A stretch of DNA of 64,000 nt, taken from a virus. Under the pieces are notes generated by a model, which worked only from the letters and a program-made list of their open reading frames with translations, was not told the DNA's origin and did not search any database. This document shows positions 1-9,367 of the stretch, piece by piece. Where the stretch lies: positions 1 through 64,000 of IMG/VR virus record IMGVR_UViG_3300024324_000425, one strand, 5' to 3'. Each line of letters starts with the position of its first letter. The stretch's first letter is position 1. Made by a program: the position numbers and the translations under genes.

Positions 1-2
1 CT

Positions 3-1622
3 AAGACAGATGCTTTAATAGCACAAACCGCTTCTGAAACTTCAAAGAATAATGCTGTAGCTGCACAAACTGCTGCTGAAAGTGCTGAAGGTTTATCTCA
101 ACAATGGGCAACTAAGACCGATGGTGCTGTTGATGGTGGAGAATACTCTGCTAAGTATCACGCAAGTAATGCTAGTACCGATGCAGGTACAGCGAGTACT
201 AAGGCTACTTCAGCTACTGCTTCTGCTACAACTGCCACAACTCAAGCTGGCATATCAACTACTAAAGCTGGTGAGGCTTATTATTCTTATGCAGCTGCTA
301 CAACAAAAGCTTCAGAGGCTAATACCTCTAAGTTAGCTGCGGCAACTTCTGCTACAGCAGCATCAACATCTGCTAGCGATGCCGCGGATAGTGCATCTGA
401 AGCCACTGATAAAGCTGGTAACACTGCAGCGGATGCGATGGATTCTGCTGATTCGGCGGCAGAAGCTTTAAGTTCTGCTTCGGCAGCTGCAGCATCTGCA
501 AGTGCTGCTGCTTCTACATTGGCTGATAGATACACTAAGGCTGAGACTGATGCTAAGGTTGTAGAATTAAGTCCTCCAGCTACTAAAGCTCACGTTGATT
601 CTTTAGGTATCAATGCTGCTACATTAACTGGTTCTTTGCCTGCTATCTCTGGTGCTGCTCTAACAGATATAGATGCTGCTACAGTATCTACAACAGACCC
701 TAGTAGTCCTGCTCAAGGTGATATGTGGTTTGATACTACTACTGGTGTTAACTCTATGAAAGTATGGTCAGGCTCAGGTTGGGACCAAATGAGTAATAAG
801 TTTTCAGCTACAGGTGGTACAGAGACAACATACTCATCAGGTGGTGTTACTTATAAAGTTCATACATTTACATCATCAGGTACGTTCACTGCTGAATCTT
901 CAGGCACTGTTGACTATCTTGTAGTTGCAGGCGGTGGCGCGGGTGGTAACTTCGGTGGAGGTGGTGGTGCAGGTGGTATGCGTGTTATTACCAATACATC
1001 GGTATCAGCACAAGACTATTCAATAGTAGTTGGTGCTGGTGGTTCAGGAACTAGCGGACAAGGGCTTAATGGTAATAATTCTGTAGCACTAGGTAACACT
1101 TCTGCTGGCGGCGGTGGTGGTGGTTATCGTGGCGTTGGTGGTGGCGCCGGCACGGGTTCTGTTGGCTCTTCAGGTGGCTCAGGAGGTGGCGGTGGAAACG
1201 GTAACACCACAGGTGCTGCTGGTGGTTCAGGAACTAGCGGACAAGGCTTTAGTGGTTCTGCTGGTAGGAGTGGTACAGATGGAAGCAACCCTAATCATCT
1301 AGGTGGTGCTGGTGGTGGTGCTGGTGAAGTTGGCAACCTTTGGGTTGTTGGTGTAAAGGGTGCTGATGGTGGTGATGGTCTTAATAATAACTACAAGACA
1401 GGGTCAAATATTACATACGCTGGTGGCGGTGGTGGAACGACATACAATGCAACAGGTACTCGTGGTGCTGGTGGTGCTGGTGGTGGTGGTGCTGGTGGCT
1501 ACGGTACTTCTAATGGTATTAATGGTGTAACCAACCTTGGTGGCGGCGGTGGCTCTTCAGGTCATCAAGCTGCAAGTGGTTCTGGTGGCTCTGGTATTGT
1601 AATCATTCGTTACGCAGTTTAA
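3..1622 (+). CDS. Tail fibre / Gly-rich virion fibre protein (5' truncated by window)
   Basis: The frame of ORF 438..1622 is open back to nt 3. It has an Ala/Ser/Thr-rich stalk, a PSSPAQGDMWFDT motif and a C-terminal Gly-rich domain (YKVHTFTSSGTF...GGSGIVIIRY) typical of marine phage fibres. Confidence 0.8.
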   Translation, partial: KTDALIAQTASETSKNNAVAAQTAAESAEGLSQQWATKTDGAVDGGEYSAKYHASNASTDAGTASTKATSATASATTATTQAGISTTKAGEAYYSYAAATTKASEANTSKLAAATSATAASTSASDAADSASEATDKAGNTAADAMDSADSAAEALSSASAAAASASAAASTLADRYTKAETDAKVVELSPPATKAHVDSLGINAATLTGSLPAISGAALTDIDAATVSTTDPSSPAQGDMWFDTTTGVNSMKVWSGSGWDQMSNKFSATGGTETTYSSGGVTYKVHTFTSSGTFTAESSGTVDYLVVAGGGAGGNFGGGGGAGGMRVITNTSVSAQDYSIVVGAGGSGTSGQGLNGNNSVALGNTSAGGGGGGYRGVGGGAGTGSVGSSGGSGGGGGNGNTTGAAGGSGTSGQGFSGSAGRSGTDGSNPNHLGGAGGGAGEVGNLWVVGVKGADGGDGLNNNYKTGSNITYAGGGGGTTYNATGTRGAGGAGGGGAGGYGTSNGINGVTNLGGGGGSSGHQAASGSGGSGIVIIRYAV

Positions 1623-1635
1623 TAGGAGAACAAAT

Positions 1636-1989
1636 ATGGCACATTATGCAAAAGTAAGTAATAGTTTAGTAACAGAAGTAATAGTTGCAGAAGCTGAGTT
1701 CTTCGATACATTCGTAGATTCAAGTCCAGGCGAGTGGGTACAAACATCATACAACACATCAGGTGGAGTTCACTCAGAAGGTAACACACCTCTAAGAAAG
1801 AACTACGCAGGAGTAGGTTATACCTATGACTCAGTTCGTGACGCTTTCATTCCACCTCAACCATTCCCTAGCTGGACTCTTAACGAAGATACTTGTCAAT
1901 ATGAAGCTCCAGTAGCATACCCAGATGATGATAAGATGTATAATTGGGATGAAGACACTACCTCTTGGGTAGAAACAACAGAAGAATAA
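1636..1989 (+). CDS. Conserved phage protein accompanying Gly-rich fibres (putative fibre assembly/tip protein)
   Basis: AGGAGA RBS; WVQTSYN...RKNYAGVGYTYD...FIPPQPFPSW motif; directly downstream of the fibre gene. Confidence 0.6.
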   Translation: MAHYAKVSNSLVTEVIVAEAEFFDTFVDSSPGEWVQTSYNTSGGVHSEGNTPLRKNYAGVGYTYDSVRDAFIPPQPFPSWTLNEDTCQYEAPVAYPDDDKMYNWDEDTTSWVETTEE

Positions 1990-1995
1990 AACCAT

Positions 1996-2427
1996 ATGCT
2001 AACCCTATTAACAAGTATACTACCAATTGCCTTAGGATTCTTTGCTAAGTTAACAGCATTGAATATGCAGGCAAAGCAAGAATCACAGAAGATGCAAATG
2101 GAAGTACTACTCGCAAGAGAATCTTCTATATCTGATGCTAGAGATGCAGCAAATAAAGAAAGTCCAATAGCAGCTCTTAACAGGCGCTTAATCATTTGGG
2201 TAATGTTATTCTTAATAGTAATATATGTAATGGCTCCGTTATTCATGGATATCCCTACAGCAATTCCAATTGTTCAAGAGGGCTTTAGTTTTCTTGGGTT
2301 TCAAATAACACCAGATGTTATTGAGTATGAGATGGTAAGAGGTTTAATCAAATACGATGAAGTGTTTGCATGGACTTCGCTTATTGTAGAAATGTATTTT
2401 GGTGCTTCAATAGCAAAAGGTAAGTAA
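1996..2427 (+). CDS. Holin-like membrane protein (3 TM)
   Basis: Three hydrophobic segments and a C-terminal YFG motif, as in GTA-type 3TM holins. Confidence 0.5.
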   Translation: MLTLLTSILPIALGFFAKLTALNMQAKQESQKMQMEVLLARESSISDARDAANKESPIAALNRRLIIWVMLFLIVIYVMAPLFMDIPTAIPIVQEGFSFLGFQITPDVIEYEMVRGLIKYDEVFAWTSLIVEMYFGASIAKGK

Positions 2428-2430
2428 TGT

Positions 2431-2541
2431 TTGATTACTGGATTAGATATTGTAATGCCAGTGACTGTTCAAGATTGGATGAAACATTCAGTCCTTGCAA
2501 TCATTTCATTCTACTTCGGTACAGGAGCTGCTAAAGCTTAG
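2431..2541 (+). pseudogene. In-frame fragment resembling a second holin C-terminus (LITGLDIVMPVTVQDWMKHSVLAIISFYFGTGAAKA)
   Basis: Same frame as the holin, starting one codon after its TAA; ends FYFGTGAAKA versus MYFGASIAKGK in the holin. Confidence 0.45.
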
Positions 2542-2542
2542 A

Positions 2543-2550
2543 TATAAATA
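2543..2550 (+). promoter_or_regulatory. T4-type late promoter TATAAATA heading the accessory island
   Basis: Exact consensus, intergenic, 5 nt before ATG 2556. Confidence 0.75.
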
Positions 2551-2555
2551 GTAGT

Positions 2556-3290
2556 ATGATTGGAATTATTGGTTATGGAATGGTGGGAAAGGCTGTCGAA
2601 CACGGCTTTCCTAATACAACTCACATTATATCGGACCCTGCGTATAACAAGGTAAGTATAGCTGACGTTTGCAATGCAAATCCCGATGCTATCTTTGTCG
2701 CAGTACCCACGCCTGATGATAACTCAAACTACGAAATACTTAAGACAGTATTAGATGTCATATTTGACTCTGAATATACAGGATTAGTAGTTGTTAAGTC
2801 AACCATATTACCCCACCACTTAATACCATACGATGTATTATATAACCCAGAGTTCTTATCGGAAAAAACAAACCTCGAAGACTTTATTAATCCTCCAATG
2901 TTAATTATTGGCGGAGATAAAGCACAAGAATTAGCCGACATATATACTAAGTACTCTATTGTAAAAACTGATAAAGTATTCCTTACCTCTATTGAAAATG
3001 CAAGTCATATTAAATATATGATGAATACGTTTTATGCAATGAAGGTAACCTTTATGAATGAGATGTATGATGTTGTAGGTAAGGACAATTGGAAAGAAGT
3101 AACAGGGATATTAAAGCAACACCCTTGGATGGGAACACATCACTTTGATGTTCCAGGCCATGATGGTAAGAGAGGCTTTGGTGGTGCATGTTTTCCAAAG
3201 GATACTAAAGCCTTAGCAAATGAATATGATATTAAATTATTAAAGACAACGCTTGAATTAAATGAAAACTTTATTAGTCGTCCTATCTGA
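2556..3290 (+). CDS. UDP-glucose/GDP-mannose 6-dehydrogenase family (short; lacks the C-terminal domain)
   Basis: GxGxxG (GYGMVG), AVPTP, KST, NPEFL and catalytic GFGGACFPKD. Confidence 0.85.
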   Translation: MIGIIGYGMVGKAVEHGFPNTTHIISDPAYNKVSIADVCNANPDAIFVAVPTPDDNSNYEILKTVLDVIFDSEYTGLVVVKSTILPHHLIPYDVLYNPEFLSEKTNLEDFINPPMLIIGGDKAQELADIYTKYSIVKTDKVFLTSIENASHIKYMMNTFYAMKVTFMNEMYDVVGKDNWKEVTGILKQHPWMGTHHFDVPGHDGKRGFGGACFPKDTKALANEYDIKLLKTTLELNENFISRPI

Positions 3291-4254
3291 ATTATGTAAC
3301 TTAGACTGCTCATATTGTGATATGGAGAAGACATCTAATAAGTCGATCGATGTTGATTTATTCTTAAAAGAGTTTGAGTTATTAAGAGAAACATATCCTG
3401 AAGAGATCATTAAAGTAGACTTCTTTGGGGGTGAGCCTCTTCTCCAATTAGACAAAGTCAAATATATTATTAATCATATCAATGATGATAATATCAAATA
3501 CTTTATGCCGACCAACGGTTTAAAGATGACTAAAAAATCCAAGCAGTATCTTCTTGATAATAATGTAGAGTTGTCATTAAGCTTTGACGGGCTATGGCAG
3601 GACCTCAATAGGAAGCAGTTAACCGGTAAAGGAACCTTACAGCATTACTTAGAAAAGAAAGACCTGTTTAAAGGCATGAAGTGCCATACAATGATTAGCA
3701 CAGGCAACTATAATTTATTAGAAAATCATCTGTTTATTCTAAATGAATTTGGTATCGTGCCAGACATGACCCTCGTTAGGGATAGAGGTATATGGGACAT
3801 AGAATCTGTAACTGCTTTGAATAAAGGAATACAAGAGTTATTCGACTGGTACAGAGAAAATCCAAGTGAACCAATGCCATTCCTAATTCTATTCTATCTT
3901 AGACATTTCTTATTATATGAAAGTAAGAAGTATGTAGTTGAATCATGCGGTGCGGGCGTAGATCTGTTCTCATTCTCTGAAGATAAGGTTGTCCCTTGTA
4001 ATAGATTTAAAGATGACTTGGTTGCCACTAACAATATAACATCATATGTACACACGAGTGCGTGTAACACATGCTCTGTAAAGAACTATTGCAAGAAGGG
4101 TTGTTTATATGAGCAGATAAAGAATGAAGGTCCAATAGTCGACATATGTACCATATATAAATATATCTATAAAGCAATAGCGATTCTCGTAAAAGACTTA
4201 CGCGACAACAAAGACTTTAAAATGATTATAATGGAAGAGTTGAATAATGAATAG
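3262..4254 (+). CDS. Radical SAM/SPASM maturase 1
   Basis: CNLDCSYC, FFGGEP, SFDG; C-terminal C...PC...CxxCx5Cx3C...C SPASM motif. Confidence 0.9.
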   Translation: MKTLLVVLSELCNLDCSYCDMEKTSNKSIDVDLFLKEFELLRETYPEEIIKVDFFGGEPLLQLDKVKYIINHINDDNIKYFMPTNGLKMTKKSKQYLLDNNVELSLSFDGLWQDLNRKQLTGKGTLQHYLEKKDLFKGMKCHTMISTGNYNLLENHLFILNEFGIVPDMTLVRDRGIWDIESVTALNKGIQELFDWYRENPSEPMPFLILFYLRHFLLYESKKYVVESCGAGVDLFSFSEDKVVPCNRFKDDLVATNNITSYVHTSACNTCSVKNYCKKGCLYEQIKNEGPIVDICTIYKYIYKAIAILVKDLRDNKDFKMIIMEELNNE

Positions 4255-4465
4255 TATTGAAAATATAAATCAATCGATGTATAAGGCAAGCACTCATTTG
4301 ATTGAAGCCGCAAAGTACCTATCAGACACAGGATTCAAAGATGAAAGCATTTCTTTAATGTCTTTAGCCGATAAGCTATTAGATGTTATTGTACCTGAAC
4401 CAGAGAAGATTACTGAAGAGAAGATGAATAATATTATGGATGAGATTATAAATTATGGCAATTAA
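4247..4465 (+). CDS. Small helical hypothetical protein
   Basis: 72-aa ORF overlapping both flanking rSAM genes. Confidence 0.6.
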   Translation: MNSIENINQSMYKASTHLIEAAKYLSDTGFKDESISLMSLADKLLDVIVPEPEKITEEKMNNIMDEIINYGN

Positions 4466-5570
4466 AAACCAGTTTACACTTGAGATAACAACTACAGCTT
4501 TATGTAACCTTGATTGCACGTATTGCTTCGAAGGATTAAAGACCGATAAACAAAAGTTAGATGAAAAGGTTGATGTACTAAAATTAAGGATTCAAGAGTT
4601 GCTTGATTCCGAATGGTTTAATGACAAATATGACGAGCTTAACTTATCATTTTGGGGTGGTGAACCTACATTAAACTTTAAACTTGTTACAGAGATTATC
4701 CAAGCATATCAAGATAATCCAAAGGTAAGTTACCATATATACACTAATGCTTATGATCGTAATAGATTAAATAAGATTATTGATAATGTCGATACATCTA
4801 ACTTGCATATTCAAGTGTCGTACGACGGCAAAGATATTAATGATGTATTCCGTGTACTTAAAACCGGTAAAACAACCTCTGATAAAGTTGTAGAGAATAT
4901 TAAATACTTAAGCGATCGAGGTATATCAACATCGATGAAAGCTACTATGCCATTAACAGCAATGGGATCTTTATATTCATCTTGGAAAGACCATGAAAGG
5001 TTATATAAAGAATTGCCTAATGTTCGTGTAGCATACGCCCCGACCATTGACTATGTATCGGATATTGATATTAATGGATTGCCAGATCTAATAGATAGCT
5101 TTAAGCATGGTATGATGAAGATTGCTAAAGAAGAGATTGAATTCCATAAAGAACACAGTCACTTCTTATGTACTTGGTTTACGGAGAACGATGCAAAGAC
5201 CCATTGCTCATCTGGTGTAAACATGCACGCTATAGACGTTGATGGTAATTCTTATGCATGTCACGGGTCATTATATTCTCCTAACAAAGATGAGATGAAA
5301 GGTGGACATATAGACGATGATAGTTTTATAAATAATATTATAAAAATGAGTGATTCTTTAAGAGAACCAATCCAAGAGGTATCAGATATATGTAATGGTT
5401 GCGTAGCAACTACATGTATGATATGTCCGGTAATTTCTCTAGATAACTCGAAGAAAGATAATTTTAACGATAAGTGGACTGATCGTTGGGTCAACAACAT
5501 GTGTGGATTCTTTAAAGCATTTGGTGAGATTGATAGATCTGTTCAGTATTATATAAACAAGAGGAATTAG
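4455..5570 (+). CDS. Radical SAM/SPASM maturase 2
   Basis: CNLDCTYC, FWGGEP, SYDG; C-terminal CSSG...DGNSYAC...CNGCVATTCMIC...C. Confidence 0.9.
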   Translation: MAIKNQFTLEITTTALCNLDCTYCFEGLKTDKQKLDEKVDVLKLRIQELLDSEWFNDKYDELNLSFWGGEPTLNFKLVTEIIQAYQDNPKVSYHIYTNAYDRNRLNKIIDNVDTSNLHIQVSYDGKDINDVFRVLKTGKTTSDKVVENIKYLSDRGISTSMKATMPLTAMGSLYSSWKDHERLYKELPNVRVAYAPTIDYVSDIDINGLPDLIDSFKHGMMKIAKEEIEFHKEHSHFLCTWFTENDAKTHCSSGVNMHAIDVDGNSYACHGSLYSPNKDEMKGGHIDDDSFINNIIKMSDSLREPIQEVSDICNGCVATTCMICPVISLDNSKKDNFNDKWTDRWVNNMCGFFKAFGEIDRSVQYYINKRN

Positions 5571-5571
5571 T

Positions 5572-6240
5572 ATGGCCCAACCAGCAAATCATTGTTCAAA
5601 TCACGGCACCGGCACAAGCACGTGTTCTAATCATAGGTCATCATGTTCTACTAATCGAACACTATCTTTAAGTAGCGATTATGGCGTGCCTGGTCATGTC
5701 ATTAGAGCATCGGATATAGAGAACGTTAGAACTAGAATTAGAGATGAAATGTCTCGATGGAACTTACACTCAAATTACAATTATGCATTAAGATCGCCAA
5801 GCTCAATATCAAGTGGCTCATCAATCATTGATAATCACGCAGAAGACTTAGTACAAATGGTTAATGATATGAACGGCGGTGGAACATTTGGAGATCTTAA
5901 TGGTGATCTTATTGAAGATAGTCATTGGGATATTATCAGAGATCGATATAATGTAATTAGACAAAACTGTATCTGTAACTCGGATTGTGCATGTAATAAT
6001 GTTTGTGCTTGCCATAATGATTGTGCATGTAACTATTCAGATGAAAGATTGAAAAGAGATATCGAATTTATTGAAGAAAGAAATGGTCTTAACATATACA
6101 ACTTTAAATACTTATGGGATGATACTATTAAAACCGGTGTTATGGCACAAGAGATTCTTAAAAGTAAATGGAAAGATGCTGTACATCAAGATAGAAAGGG
6201 TTATTATATGGTAGACTATTCAATGCTACCTAAATTTTAA
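5572..6240 (+). CDS. Cys-repeat protein fused to a peptidase S74 intramolecular chaperone (putative rSAM substrate / virion fibre)
   Basis: AGAGG RBS; (CxC[NH]xx)x4 immediately before SDERLK (Ser156/Lys161); GVMAQE and VDYS S74 motifs. Confidence 0.85.
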   Translation: MAQPANHCSNHGTGTSTCSNHRSSCSTNRTLSLSSDYGVPGHVIRASDIENVRTRIRDEMSRWNLHSNYNYALRSPSSISSGSSIIDNHAEDLVQMVNDMNGGGTFGDLNGDLIEDSHWDIIRDRYNVIRQNCICNSDCACNNVCACHNDCACNYSDERLKRDIEFIEERNGLNIYNFKYLWDDTIKTGVMAQEILKSKWKDAVHQDRKGYYMVDYSMLPKF

Positions 6241-6254
6241 AACGGAGTTATATT

Positions 6255-6860
6255 ATGATATATGAATTAGCATTAGTGATTGATAAAGGTACTTTTTGGG
6301 AAGTAACCAATGTCACAAAGAATACATTAGACAACTTAGCAAATCGAAATGAGACGATGCTCAAGTTATCTTATATAGCTTATAAACAGATCAAAGCTGG
6401 ATTAAGTGAAAATAAGATAGTACAAATCACTAAGGAAATGATGACCGATGAGGTTATGCCTGGTGAAGTACGGTATATTACTATCGGTGAAGAAGATGAT
6501 ATAGTGGATCATCGTAATGCAGCCTTGGCTAAAGTAAGAATGCTAGCAAATCCAACATTAGCTTCTATTGCCGGTTTAACTATGTACGGATTCATTGTAC
6601 TTAACAATGATTTGGTTAATGCAGGATATGCTATTACCAACGACAATAGAGAAGAGAAATACTTATCTATTTTAGAGACCGGTGATGAAGAGCTTATTAA
6701 TAAATTAGAAGATTACTTAAACTATAAAGATGAGATTGAACGTGTGGCTCAACTAGAACGCAAGTTCTCGAAGTACGTAACTGAAATAAATAATGCACCA
6801 CTTGAGGATATAGAAGGTATTCAAAATAAATTCTTAGAAGACTTCTATGCGACATATTGA
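6255..6860 (+). CDS. Hypothetical protein
   Basis: GGAG RBS; 201-aa ORF coupled to the downstream gene. Confidence 0.7.
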   Translation: MIYELALVIDKGTFWEVTNVTKNTLDNLANRNETMLKLSYIAYKQIKAGLSENKIVQITKEMMTDEVMPGEVRYITIGEEDDIVDHRNAALAKVRMLANPTLASIAGLTMYGFIVLNNDLVNAGYAITNDNREEKYLSILETGDEELINKLEDYLNYKDEIERVAQLERKFSKYVTEINNAPLEDIEGIQNKFLEDFYATY

Positions 6861-7606
6861 TTGGTGTTGTCTATAAATGGCAGGTCCACAATAAACTAAA
6901 CGGATCGGTATTTTATGCATTCGAACATGCAGCATATCTAAACTGCCCTTTATACCTTGTTAATATTAATGATAAAGACTTAGCTCTTCTTAAGAGTATC
7001 TTTGACGCTAAATATAATATTCCTCTTGATATTATAACTCCTATAAGTTTAATCGATTTATATAAAATTAAACTTGATAAAACACTAATACTCGATATTA
7101 GAACTTTCACTGAGGTAAAAGAATTTCTATCTAATGATATCCATGTATTCTCAAACGAAGCACATGATATGTTCAGATATAAGAATGATCGAACAGTAAC
7201 ATACTACGGCTCATACAAATATCAGAACTATGATATATTTAACTATCTCAAATTAAACTTTAATATATTCCAAGAGTCTACTGGTGGAGAAGGTACATTC
7301 GTGTCAGGTCTAAGAGTGCCCAATTCAATGCCGAATCTTAATAAGCCATTACTTAAAAAACATGGTAGCGGGCAAGGGGATATATTTAACAAGATTGATA
7401 CTATACATTATATACATACACTACTTGATACGAACAATAGGATTATACCTGAAGCATTTTTCCACAATAAAAAAATTGTGATTGATGATCAGAACCCAAC
7501 ATTAATAGATTCAATAACATTTAGATATAATGATATAATGGAAAATGGTTTAGGTAACTATACATTAAGCAAGGAGGATAAACTTGTCAAAGCTATTACA
7601 ACTTGA
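6857..7606 (+). CDS. Putative divergent GT-B glycosyltransferase-like protein
   Basis: TTG start; C-terminal NRIIPEAFFHNKKIVI resembles the GT4 EA...GKPV motif; similar to the next ORF. Confidence 0.4.
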   Translation: MIGVVYKWQVHNKLNGSVFYAFEHAAYLNCPLYLVNINDKDLALLKSIFDAKYNIPLDIITPISLIDLYKIKLDKTLILDIRTFTEVKEFLSNDIHVFSNEAHDMFRYKNDRTVTYYGSYKYQNYDIFNYLKLNFNIFQESTGGEGTFVSGLRVPNSMPNLNKPLLKKHGSGQGDIFNKIDTIHYIHTLLDTNNRIIPEAFFHNKKIVIDDQNPTLIDSITFRYNDIMENGLGNYTLSKEDKLVKAITT

Positions 7607-8426
7607 TCCTAAGATAGACTTATGGTTGTCATATACATGGAGTAACAATGATCATGGTATTTGTGGTCATGTCTATGAGGTGATTGATTATTATATGATA
7701 CTCAAAGATCACTTCAACGTTGGTATATTATTCGCTGAGAAGTTTGAATTAGACCTATCTAAGTATGATTTTGAATTAGATGAAAGTGTTATTACGTACT
7801 GTGACAAACCTTCAGTAGTTAAAGGGACTAACATATTATTCGTTGATGGTGGTGTAAACAGTAATATGAATAAAACTCTGTTGTTTGATAATATATTCTA
7901 TTTTGCCTGTGGTAATAAAGAAGTTAAAGATAATGATAAAGATAACGTATACATATTGCAAGATGATAGGGTGTATGATCCAGTTAAAAAGAATGGTATT
8001 AACTATAAGAAAAGAATTTTGCTTGATAGACTAAATCCGGTTGTCGTACATGATGATAGACCGATGGTATATACCACCACTAACTGTAGAGAAACAGACT
8101 TAACAGGATTACCAAGTAACACATTAGTTGTATCTGATAAAGAGTATGAAGAATTCGAATGTGTTAAACCACCGGTTAAAGATATATTCGAAAAGTTTCA
8201 TACATTCATATATACACCCGTTGCGCGCAAGTGGGACTGCTCGCCAAGATTTATCGTAGAGTGCGAACACCACGGCAAAGAAGTTGAGTACCATAACATC
8301 GATTATTGGGAAGAAGATAAAGGGTTATACTGGAGAAAGTGGGATATTGATAACGATTTTGATTCGCTGTATTTAAAAGAAGATGATGAAATAATATGTA
8401 TAATCAAGCAAGTACTTTCAAATTAA
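7584..8426 (+). CDS. Putative divergent GT-B glycosyltransferase-like protein (paralog of 6857)
   Basis: AAGGAGG RBS and TTG start; DCSPRFIVECEHHGKEV aligns with the upstream paralog motif. Confidence 0.4.
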   Translation: MSKLLQLDPKIDLWLSYTWSNNDHGICGHVYEVIDYYMILKDHFNVGILFAEKFELDLSKYDFELDESVITYCDKPSVVKGTNILFVDGGVNSNMNKTLLFDNIFYFACGNKEVKDNDKDNVYILQDDRVYDPVKKNGINYKKRILLDRLNPVVVHDDRPMVYTTTNCRETDLTGLPSNTLVVSDKEYEEFECVKPPVKDIFEKFHTFIYTPVARKWDCSPRFIVECEHHGKEVEYHNIDYWEEDKGLYWRKWDIDNDFDSLYLKEDDEIICIIKQVLSN

Positions 8427-9367
8427 TACCTAGAGATGCGCCTATTAATAATAGGGCTAAGTTGGACACTGGTACCCATTGCAACTATAAATGTGACTTC
8501 TGTTATTATAAGACTCAATTAGATGTAGTAACAAATTTAGATGTAATCAAAGAACGAATCGATTACTTAGTTGAATGTGGTATAACTGAAGTGGATCTTA
8601 GTGGTGGTGAATCATCTATTCATAAAGAATGGTTTGATATATTAGACTATTGTACTGATAAAGGATTGTACATATCATGTTTAAGTAATGGATTTAAGTT
8701 CGCTAAGAAGGAATTCATTCAGAAGAGCTATAACCATGGATTAAGAGAGATTCTATTCTCTGTACACGGGTATGACACCACATCTCATGACATGTTGGTG
8801 GGTCGCAAGCATGCATATAAGAATATCATTAAAGCTATTGGGAATGCACAAGAGCTTGGTATGGTTGTCCGAGTTAATTGTACAATAACAGAATCCAATT
8901 ATAAACACTTAGATGAGTTCGTTCTAATGATGAATGAGCTTAAACCATTACAAGTAAACTTTCTCCCTTTAAACTATTGGGACGATGCTAAACAACAAAG
9001 TGCATTGAACTATAAAGAGGTCTCTCCGTATATCCATAAGGCTATTGATACATTAAACATTGAAGAGATTAACGTACGGTATATTCCATTCTGTTTTATG
9101 AAGGGATATGAGAAGCATGTTGTCGGATACTTCCAACATATATATGATGTTAAAGACTGGAACATTGCAGTGTATGATCATAGTATTAATCCTGAGGAAT
9201 ATAAGAAAGATAGAGTTAAAGCGATGTTTGATGCGGCCAAAAGAAACAGAATAAATACATATATTAAAAAGAAAGAGTGCTTGCAATGTAAGTACTACTT
9301 CGTATGTGATGGTATAGAGCATGATCAAGAAGTATTTCCAGAAGATGGCGAGAAGGTGTTATTATGA
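8396..9367 (+). CDS. Radical SAM enzyme 3
   Basis: CNYKCDFC, LSGGE, SVHG; C-terminal CLQCKYYFVCDG. Confidence 0.9.
   Translation: MYNQASTFKLIPRDAPINNRAKLDTGTHCNYKCDFCYYKTQLDVVTNLDVIKERIDYLVECGITEVDLSGGESSIHKEWFDILDYCTDKGLYISCLSNGFKFAKKEFIQKSYNHGLREILFSVHGYDTTSHDMLVGRKHAYKNIIKAIGNAQELGMVVRVNCTITESNYKHLDEFVLMMNELKPLQVNFLPLNYWDDAKQQSALNYKEVSPYIHKAIDTLNIEEINVRYIPFCFMKGYEKHVVGYFQHIYDVKDWNIAVYDHSINPEEYKKDRVKAMFDAAKRNRINTYIKKKECLQCKYYFVCDGIEHDQEVFPEDGEKVLL

Noticed and set aside
82-336. ORFs 82..336, 287..535 and 1114..1302
   Set aside because: Alternative-frame shadows of the low-complexity tail-fibre gene, whose frame is open from nt 3
1034-1246. Exact 30-nt repeat (1034-1063 and 1217-1246) in the Gly-rich fibre domain as a DGR template/variable pair
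   Set aside because: The copies are identical with no adenine-specific variation, and there is no reverse transcriptase in the window; an ordinary intragenic duplication
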